From Camelus dromedarius (lineage: Eukaryota): a stretch of DNA of 64,000 nt. This document shows positions 49,601 to 62,744 of this stretch, in pieces (position 1 is the first letter of the stretch; each line of letters starts with the position of its first letter). Location of the stretch: positions 107,572,001 to 107,636,000 of the forward strand of contig NC_087436.1 of the NCBI RefSeq assembly GCF_036321535.1. Direction: 5' to 3'. The notes beneath the pieces are model-generated. The model was not told the DNA's origin. It worked only from the letters and a program-made list of their open reading frames with translations, and searched no databases. The position numbers were made by a program, and so were the translations under genes.

Positions 49601-51782
49601 TCTCATCTCTCTGCTCTTCGTACCCATTGAGATTTGTCAAAAAGATATATTTTGATAAAATACTTTTAGATTAATACACATTGCAAGGATAGTATGGAGA
49701 GTTCCTTTATACTCAAACCCAGTTTTTCCTTGTGTGACTACCTTACATCGCTGTGGTATTTGTCACAGTTAATGAACTGATATCCCATTGACCTTTCAAA
49801 TTTTCTTTTTTTAGAAAAAAAATTTACCTATATCTTTTATTTAATCAAAGCGACGCATTTCTTTGCTTCAAAAGCAACAATAAAAAAACGTAAATTGTTG
49901 GTTGTTTCTGAGAAGTTTAACAGAGCAAAGAAATTTCAAGCAAAAAGCAAGAACTTAATCCCAGAATTTCACACAAGTGGGCAGGAACTAAGCTTTAGAA
50001 TCTTGAGAATTGGTAGATACCTCAAAAGGGAGACTGTGGAGAACTTGAGAAATCTGATATATACCTGAGGGGAACCCCCCCCCCAAAACACAGCTGCTTT
50101 TGAAGCTCTGTTATCAGAGTGTAACTAGAATGAATTAATGCAGAATGCAGGGAGTTGCTCCTCTCCTTTTTTTGCTTGTTAAAAAACAACATAACCTTCA
50201 TGGGAAAGCCAGGTTTTATTTTGCTTTCTTTGTGCTTAGTGTAACAGATTTCTCCTCCCACTTTTTAAAGGAGCTGCAATACAGAAATTCTTTCTGGTTA
50301 ACTGCAGAAGCTTCCTGGGCAGACATTTTGGGCAGTTATTTGACCTTGTGCCTGATCACACCCACACAGGTTACTTAGGGTCCTTCTCTGGGCACCACTG
50401 ACCCAACATGCTGCAGACACCCGAGGTGCTTGTTGCCGAAGCACAGGAGTAGCCATCTGGCTCTTCTCCTTAGCACCATTTACGAATTAAGAACTTTTAG
50501 CATTAAAAACTATACAATGAAGGATATAAAGAAAGATTTCACCCTGTGATTCATTTATTTTCCTAGGAGATTATCATTGGAAGAAGTGATTGAAAAAAAA
50601 AATTGTCAACTCTCTCTCTACAGGTCTTGGCACGTTGAAAACCTAACCTGTATGATGGTATACCCCCACCTAAAAAATCAAATCTGTAAAATCCCAAACT
50701 TACCCAAATACTAAAAATACCTTTCCCACCACAAACTGCACCCCCAACAAGCAGATTTTGATGCAATATTGTGTCACCCAAGAACCAGACTAAGATCATG
50801 AAACCTATGAGGGGAGGGAATGGTACGTTAAAATAGCAGCATCCAATTGGGCACTGAATTCTGTGGCACATAATAAAGAAAAACTTCTGCCCACTGATGG
50901 AAACTGTTGCAGACGTCACTCAGTCTGGCAGCCCTTCTCCTCTTGTGACAAGGCAAGACTCTCTCTCCTCCTCACCTTGTCACAATAAAGGTTATATCTT
51001 TTCCAGGCTGTCACAACTGGACATGGTCAACATGTTCAACAAGCTGGAAGAGAAACAAATTTTCACTCTACACGGATCTGTGCAGTAGCCAAGAAAGATA
51101 TGAATAACCAGAGTTATATATACATAATTGGTTAAGACCTTAATGAGCAATGAAGATAGTCTAAAAGTATTTTTAAATTAGCAAATGGCAGAATCAACAT
51201 TAACATCTAGGAGACAAGATGGGAATAAGCAAGAAAAAGAAAGAAGATGGCTCATGCAGTAACAGGACAAAAACATGACTCCAGCCTCGTCTGGATGCAC
51301 TTTCATTAGTCCTTGGATGAGGAGGGATTAGATATTAATGATAGCCCCCGAACGTCTGCTGTATATATGTTTCCTTACGTTAACTGTTGAATAAATGGCA
51401 GATAGTTTGTTCTATATTCCAGGTTTAGTCTTTAACTAATCCTTGTGTTGGTTTTTAAATCCCATCATTGGATCCCTCAGCAGTGTTTGAGGGAAGTACT
51501 TTAACTGTGTACCCACAAACTCACCATTTACCCAATGGCTGGTCTGCAGAGTGGACAGAACCAGGTACATAAACTGTGCAGGAGCTCTGTGAGAAAAGCA
51601 TGCATATCAGGGCACAGCCAGACGCCGCCCTGATGTCCTTTGATCTGTTTCTCAGAGAGAGAGATGGGCTGATCATCACCAGAATTCCCAGAGGGGCTTG
51701 TTTAACAGACTCCAAGCACCCCCCGCCACCTCCACCCCCACCGCCACCCCAGGTCTAATGAATTAAGAGTCAAGAAATCTAC

Positions 51783-51934
51783 TTTATTTTATTTTAATTT
51801 TTTAATGTTTATTTTAATTTATTTTCTGGGGGGAAGTAATTAGGTTTACTTATTTATTTATTTTAATGGAGGTACTAGGGATTGAACCCAGGACCTCCTG
51901 CGTATGCTCTGCCCCTGAGCTGTGCTCTTCCCCT
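51783..51934 (-). mobile_element. tRNA-Ala-derived SINE (camelid Vic-1 type) with small internal deletion
   Basis: gtaattaggtttacttatttattt...ggaggtactagggattgaacccaggacctc; TSD agaaatctac at 51773-51782 and 51935-51944. Confidence 0.85.
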
Positions 51935-52579
51935 AGAAATCTACATTTTAAAGACACAATTAGCTACTTTGAATGAGCAAACAAGAGACAGAGAACTGCT
52001 GTTTTAGATTCTGCCAACATAAAGGGAAATGAATTCTATATAGAAATTCTGTGGGAAACACAGATTTTTTTGTGTTTACTGTTTCTGTGAATACTGAGGA
52101 AATATTAACAGCTGATTACTCTTCCATTTGTATCCATAGACGATCCTCTCAGGAAGGCTTCACTTGGATGCTGAGAATACTCATAGTATGTTGATAGAGG
52201 TAAACTCTAATTACCCACCTGAGAACCCATGTGACAGAACCATGCTGTATATCTGCACATAATTTTCTAATTACTCAAGCCATGTGGAAAGCACTTACTT
52301 AAAAACTAAACTGAAATCATACAACCGAGACAAATCTATTTTGTCTGCTCACAAATTTCTCTGTATATTTAACACTCCCTCCACAATTCCATGGCAAGTT
52401 ATATGTGTTTTTATAAATCATCAGTGTAAATCAGAGTAATTAATGTACTAATTAGAGTTGTTCCACTCAAGAATCTTATAGAAAATACTCTCTGTATGAT
52501 TACATTCACTCAGCATCAACAATTATATTTTGCACTCTTGTAGCTGGACCAATATAAGAACCAAAGATCTTGATTTTTT

Positions 52580-52860
52580 TTAAACATTTGTTATTGATTT
52601 ATAATCATTTTACAATGTTGTATCAAATTCCAGTGTAGAGCACAATTTTTCAGTTATACGTGAACATATATATATTCATTGTGACTTTTTTTTCTCCATG
52701 AACTACCATAAGATCTTGTATATATTTCCCTGTGCTATACAGTATAATCTTGTTTATCTATTCTACAATTTTGAAATCCCGTCTATCCCTTCCCTCCCTC
52801 TGTCCCCTTGGCAACCACAAGTTTGTATTCTATGTCTATGAGTCTATTTCTGTTTTGTAT
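52580..52860 (-). mobile_element. Young 5'-truncated L1 3' end with perfect TSD
   Basis: tacaatgttgtatcaaattccagtgtagagcac...tttccctgtgctatacagta...ggcaaccacaagtttgtattctatgtctatgagtc; TSD aaagatcttgatttttt at 52563-52579 and 52861-52877. Confidence 0.9.
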
Positions 52861-53449
52861 AAAGATCTTGATTTTTTAATTCACTGACTTGCATGAAATC
52901 TTTCTCTACAAGGTGGTAATATAAAATGATATATATTTTTTGAAATATAATCCAAAAGTATTGTTTTAGTTAGGAGAAACAGTATTTCAGCAAAACTAAG
53001 AACATTATATCCCTGAAGTATGGTGTGATGATTAGGAGTGTAGTTTCTGGCACTGGATAGTCTAGACTCAAAATGCCAGGTGTACCACCTCTTAGCTGAG
53101 TAACCTTGGGTGAAATATTTAACTTCTTTGTGCTTCAGTTTTCTTATTTGTAAAATAGCAAAAATAATCACATTTCTCTCATTGATTTTCTGTGATGATT
53201 ACATAAATTCTATATATAGAGACAGAGAGAGCACATATATGTGTATATATGTGTGTGTGTGTGTATATATTTATGGCTCACATGTATATATATACATGGT
53301 GAGACCAATGTCTAGCTCATATTAAGCACTCAATAAAGTTATCCATTATTAGTAATATTATTAAGCTATTTGATAAATGCCTCAGGTCATTAATCTGTTT
53401 TCAGTGTATTTTTCTACCCCCTTTTCCTCTCACTAGTATCTTGAGGGAT

Positions 53450-53780
53450 TTTTTTTTAAATTATTGAGGTATAATTAACATTATACTGATTTCAGATGTA
53501 TAATGTAATGATTTGATATTTGTATACATTGCAAAAAGAGCACCCCAATAAGGTCAGTTCACATCATGCAGTTACAAAATATTTTCTTGTGATGGGAACC
53601 ACTCAGAGCCACTCTCCACACTCGTTTCAGGTGTGCGATACAGTAGTGTTAACTATAGTCACCATGACTTATTCATGTTATAACTGGAAATTTGTACCTT
53701 TCGACCCCCTTCACTCATTCTGCCCACCCCCACCCTCACCCCCCACCTCTGGCAACCAGCAATCTGTTCTCTGTGTCTTT
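53450..53780 (-). mobile_element. L1 3' end fragment
   Basis: ttattgaggtataatt...ataactggaaatttgtacctttcgacccc...cctctggcaaccagcaatctgttctctgt. Confidence 0.75.
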
Positions 53781-54960
53781 TGAGGATTCTTTTTTCCTTA
53801 TCCTCAGCCCACACCAATAGAAAGCAAAATGAAAGGTGACCACTGACTTGAATGCTAAATCAAGATACTTGGGTCAATTTTTTTTCTTTCTCTTATAGAT
53901 GAGAGGATTGAGGGCTTGGGGCTGGGGAAAGGGAAAAGAAGGGCAGGGTGATGACTCTGGAGGGAAAGAACTGGAAGAAGACTAGGAATCCCCAAAGTGG
54001 GGAGGGAAAGGAAAGCCCCTTCGTCGGAAATGAGTCCTAATGAACACACCATGCTGCCTGGACAACCGCCAGCCACCTCCCACAGACAGACAAGCTGCTC
54101 CCCATCAGCTCCAAACCCCCGGAGGCTTTTGCTGACAGTCTGGGAAGTCTGGTCATCCTGTGTGGGTGTGGGAGCTTGAAGGGAGAGCCCCAGCCTTACA
54201 GACCCAGTTCATTTTCCGTATTGAGCAAATTGGGGGTTTCCCTCAGAATGGAGCAGTGGACAGACCATTGCTGTCGTAATTCAATACATGAATCTACTTA
54301 TGTAATGGAGAAACGCTAAATTGCAGACAGGTCGAGCTGGATTTTGGGTGGTTTTAATTTCCATATTCTAGAATGATAAGAATTAGGGAGCTACACTGAT
54401 TAATTACAGGGTAAAGTTTTGAGCAGAGTTTTTTTTAAAAAAAAAAAACCAGTTCCTTCTCAAATAATTCTTCTCTCTAGCACTTTTGATATTTCCCTCT
54501 TAAGTGAATCATTTCCTTTTATCCTTCAACAGAAATAGGTTCTTGAAAAACCTTGCAGATTACTTTCTCATGACATAAATCTCCTCAACCTCCTACCATC
54601 AGCTACCATGTCTCATAGTTTCTGTTTGCACTGTGAGTGACTGGTTTACCACTGCTAGTTTCATATTTTTACTATCCCCACCAATATCTATACATAGACA
54701 TTAATGTAGGAGTATATTCATATATAAGGATGGTATGTTTGGAAAATAACATTTTCTGAAATAACTAAGCCTTCACCTGTTCAAGTCTCTTTTGTCCATT
54801 ATCTTCCTTGATTTCTCAGAAGGATTTGACACCTGGTCTACTTTCTTTAGATTATCTTCCCTTAATTTCCATAATATTGTAATGTGATGTTTTTCTTCAC
54901 TTCTTCATAACTCCTTTGTGCTATCTTAGGGTCATCCTTGGCCTCAAGAAACTTATAGTT

Positions 54961-55049
54961 GGGACAGGTATAGCTTAGCGGTAGAGCACATGCTTAGTAT
55001 GCACAAGGTCCTGGGTTCAGTCCCCAGTACCTCCATTAAAAAAAAAAAA
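54961..55049 (+). mobile_element. Short tRNA-Ala-derived SINE (tRNA head plus poly(A) only)
   Basis: ggtatagcttagcggtagagcacatgcttagtatgcacaaggtcctgggttcagtccccagtacctccatt(a)n. Confidence 0.85.
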
Positions 55050-58000
55050 CTTCCAATCCAGTGTAAAGACCCACATTTTGGTGGACGTTGCTGAATGGCG
55101 GACGCAATCTCATTGCACAAGCCCCTCTTCCTGGCCATTTTCCTTTATACATCTACTACTGCATGACTCCGGGTAAAACCAGGCAGTACTTACTACTCAG
55201 TAAAACTGTACCAAAAGAGCATGGACAGGAGAGAGGTAATATGAATGGAGGAGCCAGGGAACTTTATGTGGGGGGTGACTCTTGGGAGGGATATAAAAAG
55301 ATGGAGAAATTTCATCGGTAAGAAGTAGAAAAAAGATACTCCACATGGATGGAACTACTTGAGCAATGACAGAGAAGTTGAAAAATATTACATATTCTTC
55401 ATAGTCCTAGCATGAACTATCACTAGGATGAAGTGGAAGATGTGAACTATAGTAGGTGGTGGGGGACGGGGAGCCCACATGCCATAGGTGAGCGCTACAG
55501 AACCTGGCTGTTTTTACACAGGTAAAAGGGAGTCTTTGACAATTTAGGGGGAGAAGGGTGTCACTGTTAGAGCTATGTATTAGAGAACTGCAGTGTCAGT
55601 GTGAGGACCACAGTACTGGGGAGGAAAGGCTAGAGGTGGGGTATCTTTTTTAAGTATTTAATTCGGCATCAATCACACATTGCTCTCTTGTATTATCTTT
55701 TCTATGCTAAATATTTATTCATGATTTGCCTTCTGAGATCTTAAGCCCTGGAAGGCAGGAGCCACATCTTGCTTTTCTTTCAAGTATACTGTCTCATACA
55801 CAGATGTTACTGCCCCACTTTGTACATTATCATCATAATTTTCACTGTTGTATTAACTAACATTTATTGAGCACTTACCATGTACCAGACATTGCGCAAA
55901 ATCAGTTACATGCATTATCTCACTTAATCCTTAAATATAACTGTCCCCATTTTACACGGCTGTAAACAGGAACTTAGAGAACTAAATTATTTGCTCTAAA
56001 GCATACAGTTGGTAACCAGTGGAGCCAGGATTTAAAACGAGTTCTTGATGACTCCAAGGTTATTAACAACAATGTTAAATGGACTCTCCACGGTGGCCAA
56101 TCAATGCATAATTTTGAACGACTAGATAAATAAAAATGATGGATCACAGAATGAAGACTTGTTTTGAGTTGATCTATGTAAGCAATTAAATCCATTCATT
56201 TAAGCATTTATATAAGCAATTAAATATCCATTCATATTGGAAAGATACCGTGTGTTTGAATTATACAAAGTATGTCTATCCTGTGTTTTAAAATATAAAA
56301 ATAATGGTATAAAGTGTTATATAAATAAATGAATATCATTAACGATGAATAATATGAATGAATAAATGAATATCATCAAAGAACCAAGTAGTAAATAATG
56401 TCAAAAATACATCCACATTCCCTAATATCCCTTTTCCCTATACTTTAATATGCTTATATTAAATCATTCATAAACTTTATCAACCTTGGAGAGAACTTTC
56501 TTCAGTCTACTAGAGCTGCCTTTGACTGAACACATGGGAATTTATGTCCTTCTGGGTTGACCTTTTTGCCAATGACCCTTTCCTATGGGTGCAGAAGTTT
56601 TTAAGCCAAGTTCCTTTGACTCAGATAATTCTAAGGTATAACTTTCTTTTCAGTCTTCTGTGGCATCAGGCTGGAGCTACCCTGTGTGGGATGTTGCTTG
56701 AGGTCACACCCTTATTTAGCTTCATTCTCTTCACTGTCTTGCTTCCTTCAGCCTTTTATTGGTTTCACTAATGAGATTTCCTTGATAAATCATTGCATAT
56801 GCGCCTTCATCTCAGGATCTGCTTCTGGGGAAATTGACCTAGGAAAAATGAGACATTAAAATCTAATGAATATGCTAATGTCTCTCTTCAAAGTACATGT
56901 TAGTTTCTTTTCAATATTTAACATGGTGTATGTGCCTTCTTACCTCATTTTAGGTGGGGAAAAAAAATCAATGACCAACATTACATGCAGTGTCATGCCT
57001 TCTGTTCTATAACTTTTCATAAGATTTTATTTGACCTGTGAGAATTTTTGTAGCAAGCCATGTAGAAAAAAAGTTTCCTACTGAGTGTGTCCATGTATAA
57101 AAGTACAGCTTATAGATATTTGTTGTATGAAAACTAGAAATTGCCTTAAAAATTCGCTATTAAATTTCTAGGAGTTTGAAATTCTAAGTTCTTAAATTGT
57201 CTTCCAAATATAGCAAGTACACTTTTTTAGAGTGGGAACATTTTGAATCCACATGGTTGAGATAATTCCATTTCTTCCAGCATTATGAGCAAATCACTGA
57301 TATGTTTCCTTTCTTCATTTCCCAAGCTGAACATTTTATTTCCTCCAGCAGGACCACAGATAAGCAAATCATTCCTAATTTAGTATATTGGAAACGTCTC
57401 ATGTTTAAATCATAGATTTATTTTTTGGTGGGTTTTGAGCCTTTTGCTACTTCATCCCCCGCTTTGCTTCAGGTAACATTCTGAGTGATGGTGGTTTCTC
57501 CTGTATCCAGGCTGGTGATGGTGTTGAGCTCTCAAAATGGCCAGGTCATAACCACTTCTTGCATTCTTTAAATAGAGCTGAATAATCCCCACGATTTGCA
57601 AACTAACTGGCCCCTCTTCCCTCTTGTCATCTTCCTTAGGTAGTAAGTGACTAATGTGGCCCCATCTTCATTCTAATCCTACTTTGGGACTGACTGCTGT
57701 TAACATGAAATGGACCTACCCAATCTAGAGATTCTCCTTGAACTTGTAGGGAAGAGAGACGTGGGAAGAGTTTTTAGTTGAAGAGAAGATAGATTTGTAT
57801 TCTTACCCATTTGGAATACATAGTATTAGCAACTTCCTGTGTCTCGGAGGTTATATTTTGGATCCTGATTAGAGTGTGTTCTGAAGCCTTGAAGTGGAGT
57901 GGATGTTCTTCTAGTAAGTGGCAGTAATGCAGAGAAACTACCGTAAGATGAAGAGGTAGGGGAAAGACAGAAGTTGGAATCCAAAAATGACCAAGGAGAA

Positions 58001-60659
58001 ATCTGTCAGCAAGTTCTAGGACCGGCTGGATGGATGCTGGGCAGGAAAGATGACACTAACAGGGCAGGAACTGAGTACAGGGAGGTGTGGAGGGGAAGGA
58101 GAAGGAAGTAGCAGGAATGAGGCAGGAAGATTTGGGGCTTTCACAGTATTCTGAGCTGAGATGACAGGGCTGCCTTGTAATGCCTTGGTTTTTTGATCCA
58201 TGTTAAAACTGCAGGATGAGACAAACAAGTACTATATTAAAATCCTCTTATATAATAATTAAGTGATTCACTCTTTATAATTGAGGGGCACTGCAGTAGG
58301 CAACAGGATTACAAATAATAATAATGATAATCATCACCATTGTGATAATAATAGTAACAAAAATAGCTCGAACTCCCATCGGGCTTCCTTGTATGGTGTG
58401 TGTGATGTGCCAGATACTTTTCTAAGGGCTTTACATGCATTAACTCCTTACAGCTACTCTATATGGTGTTTCCATTCCTTTGCTTGTTTTGTTTTTGTTT
58501 TTCAGGTGCCACTGTTCTCATTCCCATCTTATGGATGATGAATCAGAAAACACAAAAATGTGCAACACTTTGCTCAGTGTCACTCAGCAGGTAAAAGGCA
58601 GAGCCATGATTTAAATCCCAGGAAGTCTGGATTCAGGGTCTGTAAATGATGCCTAGGGGCCTGGAGCTGGGAGAGAATGTTGTGGATGGCTATTTGTAGA
58701 GGTTACAGAGCTTAACGGATTCAAAAAAAATCTCAAACTTAGGTGAACTAAACCAACTTCATTGGTGATATAACAGAAAAACCCAAGAGTTCATTTTCTG
58801 GCATGTCTGTAACAGGATGCAAATGATGTCATCAAGAATATTTTTCCTTCTTTATCCTGGATTTGCTTTCTGCTGTTGGATTAACTCTCAGTAAGTTCCT
58901 CTGAATGTGGGCCAGACTGCTCGCAGCTTTGGAATTACAGTCTGCCTGCTTACCACCACTAGTAAGGAGGTTGTCCTCCTCTGTGTTTCCAGAAACAGTT
59001 CCAAGATTGATGCTCACGTATTCTAATTACCATGGCTTCGGTGACATATTTGTTTCCTGAGCTAATTTCTGTGTGTTGGCCTGGGTTATTTATGTATCCC
59101 TTGCATCAAAAGAGTGCTCTCCCAAAACTGTATGGGTTAAAAGCCTAGGAGAAGTGGTTTCCCAAAGGAAAATCTAAGTGCAGGTATGAGAGGAAAGGGA
59201 GATGATGGACTCTGGGAGAAAATAAAGCAAAACAACAGATCCTTTGTACTTGTATTGTCATGTGCTGTTGACTAACCAACAAGTCAAGGACACAGCTAAC
59301 TATACAGAAAGTAAGGCTGCAAGGTTTTAGTCTTGGCTAGATTATGGTGAGGTCTTGAATGTCAGGCTAAGAAATATGTAAGTTTCATTTTGCAGGCATT
59401 AGATAGCTAATCATTGCACATATTTCTGTGGAGAAGTAAATAAATCCAACTCTAATTTAAGAAGCTTAATCTAGAAGAGATGGCTAACAAATCGTGGGTT
59501 CTCAAATCACTTACTAATTTCATGATTGGCAGTATCATTTGAAACCTGTTAGAGGAAATCACACAATTGGGCAGATTGATATATTGATAAGTTCTTGATC
59601 ATCAAACTCAAGTGGATACACAACACTGCTGGAAAATCCTATTGGCTTTCTTTAGTAATGCTTACTTTTGAGATGAGTACTTCACAGCTTTTCCTCCACT
59701 GTCTCAACTACAATCCTTTCTTCTGCCCTTTAGGCCTTTCCTCAATCCTCACTGCCACCAGATGAATCCAAATTCCCTTTCACTTCCACCTGGACTAGTG
59801 CAGGATCTCATTAGAGGCTGATTCCACTCTTGTTTTGTTGTTGCCTCATCTTGTTGCTCGAGCCCAAATACAGGGTACTAGGAGTGATGTGGTGGGGTCA
59901 GTCATTAAAACATAATTTAATGAAGTTCCAGAGGAAAGGGACTGAAAGAAATAAAAAGGTAGGCGGAAGGATATTGAACATGTTTTTAGGCTGGAAAGAG
60001 GAAGCCAGTAGAGAGAATTAAGATGCAAAGAGAAAAAGAGAGCGTAATTCATGGAACAAGTCCTCAGAGTGGAGAAATAACATGGTATTGCAATAAAGGC
60101 ACTTCTTGCTCTGAAACAGGTGAAAAGAAACTTGCTGAGTGTTGTAAATGACAAATTGGTGAACTTACTTGTGCCGATGGCTTCCTACTCTGAACTCAAA
60201 TCTGGACATGCTGTTGAGGTGAATAGATTCTAGATTCAATACTTTGTTTAGTCACCTTCTAGGCCTTTCTATGCCTATTGGAGTTTGACTGTGACCCACT
60301 GAATGTGAACCTTTGTGGAACGTGCATTGTATTAGGAACTGGAAAAGTGAATGGAAAAACTGTGAGTCTCCTGGGAGACATAGGAAGGGTACAAGGTGCT
60401 TGGGAAGGAGGTTGGGGGATCCTTTTGACTTGTGCTCTTATTAACTTGGTGGCTTGTTGTTTATGCCTGAACCATTGTGAGGCCCCAAATCCACAGGTCC
60501 AGCCGATCTTTGGCCTGGGTTCATGGAGTACTGTGTAAGTGGTGCTGAAATTCAACTTAGGTTGGGAGCATTGAACATCAGAAGCAGGCAAAGGGATTGG
60601 TTCCAACAGCAAGGCTGCATATAAGACAGTGGAGTGGCATTTTAGCACATGTTTCTCAG

Positions 60660-62555
60660 AAACTTACTAATCAAACAGACATTAAGCAAAAGAGAAGATG
60701 TGAATAACGTAATTAATATACCCAGGATAATGGATTTATACAGAAATGTAAAATATGCGTAGAAAATTTTTAATATTGTTGAATGCCCATAAAACGTTCA
60801 CAAAACTATACAAATACTATGTGACAAAGAAGTTTTGATAAATGAAAGAATCAACACCACACAGAATATTTCAATCAAATTAGAAACTGACAACAAAAGG
60901 AAAGCTAGAAAACTGGCCCATGTTTGGAAACTAAAATTATGCTATTGAATATTTCATAATTAGAATTGAGCAGATATTTCATAATTAGAATAATTATGAA
61001 GTGTTATTCATAAATTATTAGTAGAAGTAATTTAATAATTAGCTGATATATGAAGTTGTTACGTGACAAAATTTATGGAATATAGTTAAAGGCAGTATTT
61101 AGTGGAAAACTTATAGCTTTAAACCATTTACTGCAATAAAAACTAAAGTCAAGTGAACTGATCGTTCATCTTTGAAAAGAATTAAAAATGTACAAAATAG
61201 TTAAGCCCAAGTAAGAAATAAAGAAGAAAATTAAAATTATGCCAATTTTTATATGGAATATTTATTGACCCAGACATTGTTATTAATGCTTAACTCACTT
61301 GATCCACAATAATAAAGATAAATGCAGAAGTTAATGAAATTGAGTAAAATAGTAGAGAATATTAATCAAACCAAAAATTTAAATAATTATGTAAAAATAT
61401 TAAATTACATTAAACATTCTTTTTCTGTTGAGTTCTATCAAATTATCAAGAAACAGATGACTCCTACCCTACTAATTTTTTTCCTGAAAACAGAGACATA
61501 CATATGCCCACTTCATAGTATGAGACTAGAAAAAGCATTCTTTCAAATATAAAAATGATATGAAAAGAAAATTTTAAATCCTTTGTGCTTACAAATGTAA
61601 GCGGTAAAATGCAAAATAAAATGTTAATTAAATCCAACAATATAGCATATCATGATGAAGTATGGTTTATCCCTGGAATTTAAATATAACTTAGTAGCAA
61701 AGGTCTACATCACCAGTGGATTAGAGAAGAAAAATCATGATTTATTTGAATAGAAGTACAAAATGTATTTGATAGCATCCAATTACTATTTGTGATTAAA
61801 AGATCTGGACAACTAGAAATAAGTGGAAGATTACTTAACTTAATAAAAACCTAGTACAAACATTACTTACTGCCGTTTAATAATACAAGGATCCCCAGTT
61901 CCATCATTACTCTTCATCATGATATTGGAAGTACTGACCAATGTAACCAGATAAGATAAACAAATAAGAGACATATCAATCAGGATGGGCTAGATTATGC
62001 TGCAGTTCATAAAACCCAAACATTTTAGTTGCTTAAAAACCACAAGAGCTTATTTCTTGCTCATGTTAAATGTTCTTTCTGGCTTGGCAGGGGAGCTGGG
62101 CTCATTAACACTCAAACATGCAGACTGGTGGAAAAGCCATCATCTTAAAGATTTCTGGTCATTGTATCTAAGGGAACATGACTACTTGGGAGAGTCTGGT
62201 ATCCACAATTAAATGCTCTGGTTCCAAAGTGATAACATTGTTTCAACATTCAGTTGGCCAGAAATAGTCACATGGCCCCACTCAAGAACAAGGGACCCAG
62301 GAAGTAAAATCCTAATATAGACCCAGAAAGGAAAGCTATGGAAATATTGGTGAATATTACATAGGACTACCACAGAAGCATATTAACTGAAAAAGAGGAC
62401 AAGACACAAAACTCTCCTTTTTCGTAGATTTCTTAGTACTTAAACCAACAAAAAATACAAGAAAACCTACAGCCAAATAATTATAACTAATAAGGTCTTG
62501 TAGCAATGTTGCTGAATATGTGATCAGTTTACAAAAACAAACAGTAGTACTGAAC
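60660..62555 (+). mobile_element. Degenerate L1M ORF2 fragment interrupted by an old MaLR LTR (about 61975-62375)
   Basis: A-rich ORF2-like text (aaaggcagtatttagtggaaaacttatagc, gagttctatcaaatt, tattggaagtactgacca) breaks at an MLT1-like block (gggctagattatgctgcag...ttggccagaaatagtcacatggcccca) and resumes after it. Confidence 0.65.
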
Positions 62556-62744
62556 GTCACGTGTGCTCATGTCCATTGCCTTCTCTCCTATTATTATGGA
62601 TAAAATATTTGTGCTTCTTGTCACTTCTAGTCTCTCTCACCCATTCAAACAGACTACAATTCTCCATTTTTTTATTCACTGTAGAATATTTTCTATCAGT
62701 ACTCAAACATTCTTCAAGTTCTCACACCTTAAAAAGAATCCTGT

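Noticed and set aside
51576..51758. ORF ending in polyproline
   Set aside because: Derived from a low-complexity (CCN)n tract next to a SINE insertion; non-ATG start.
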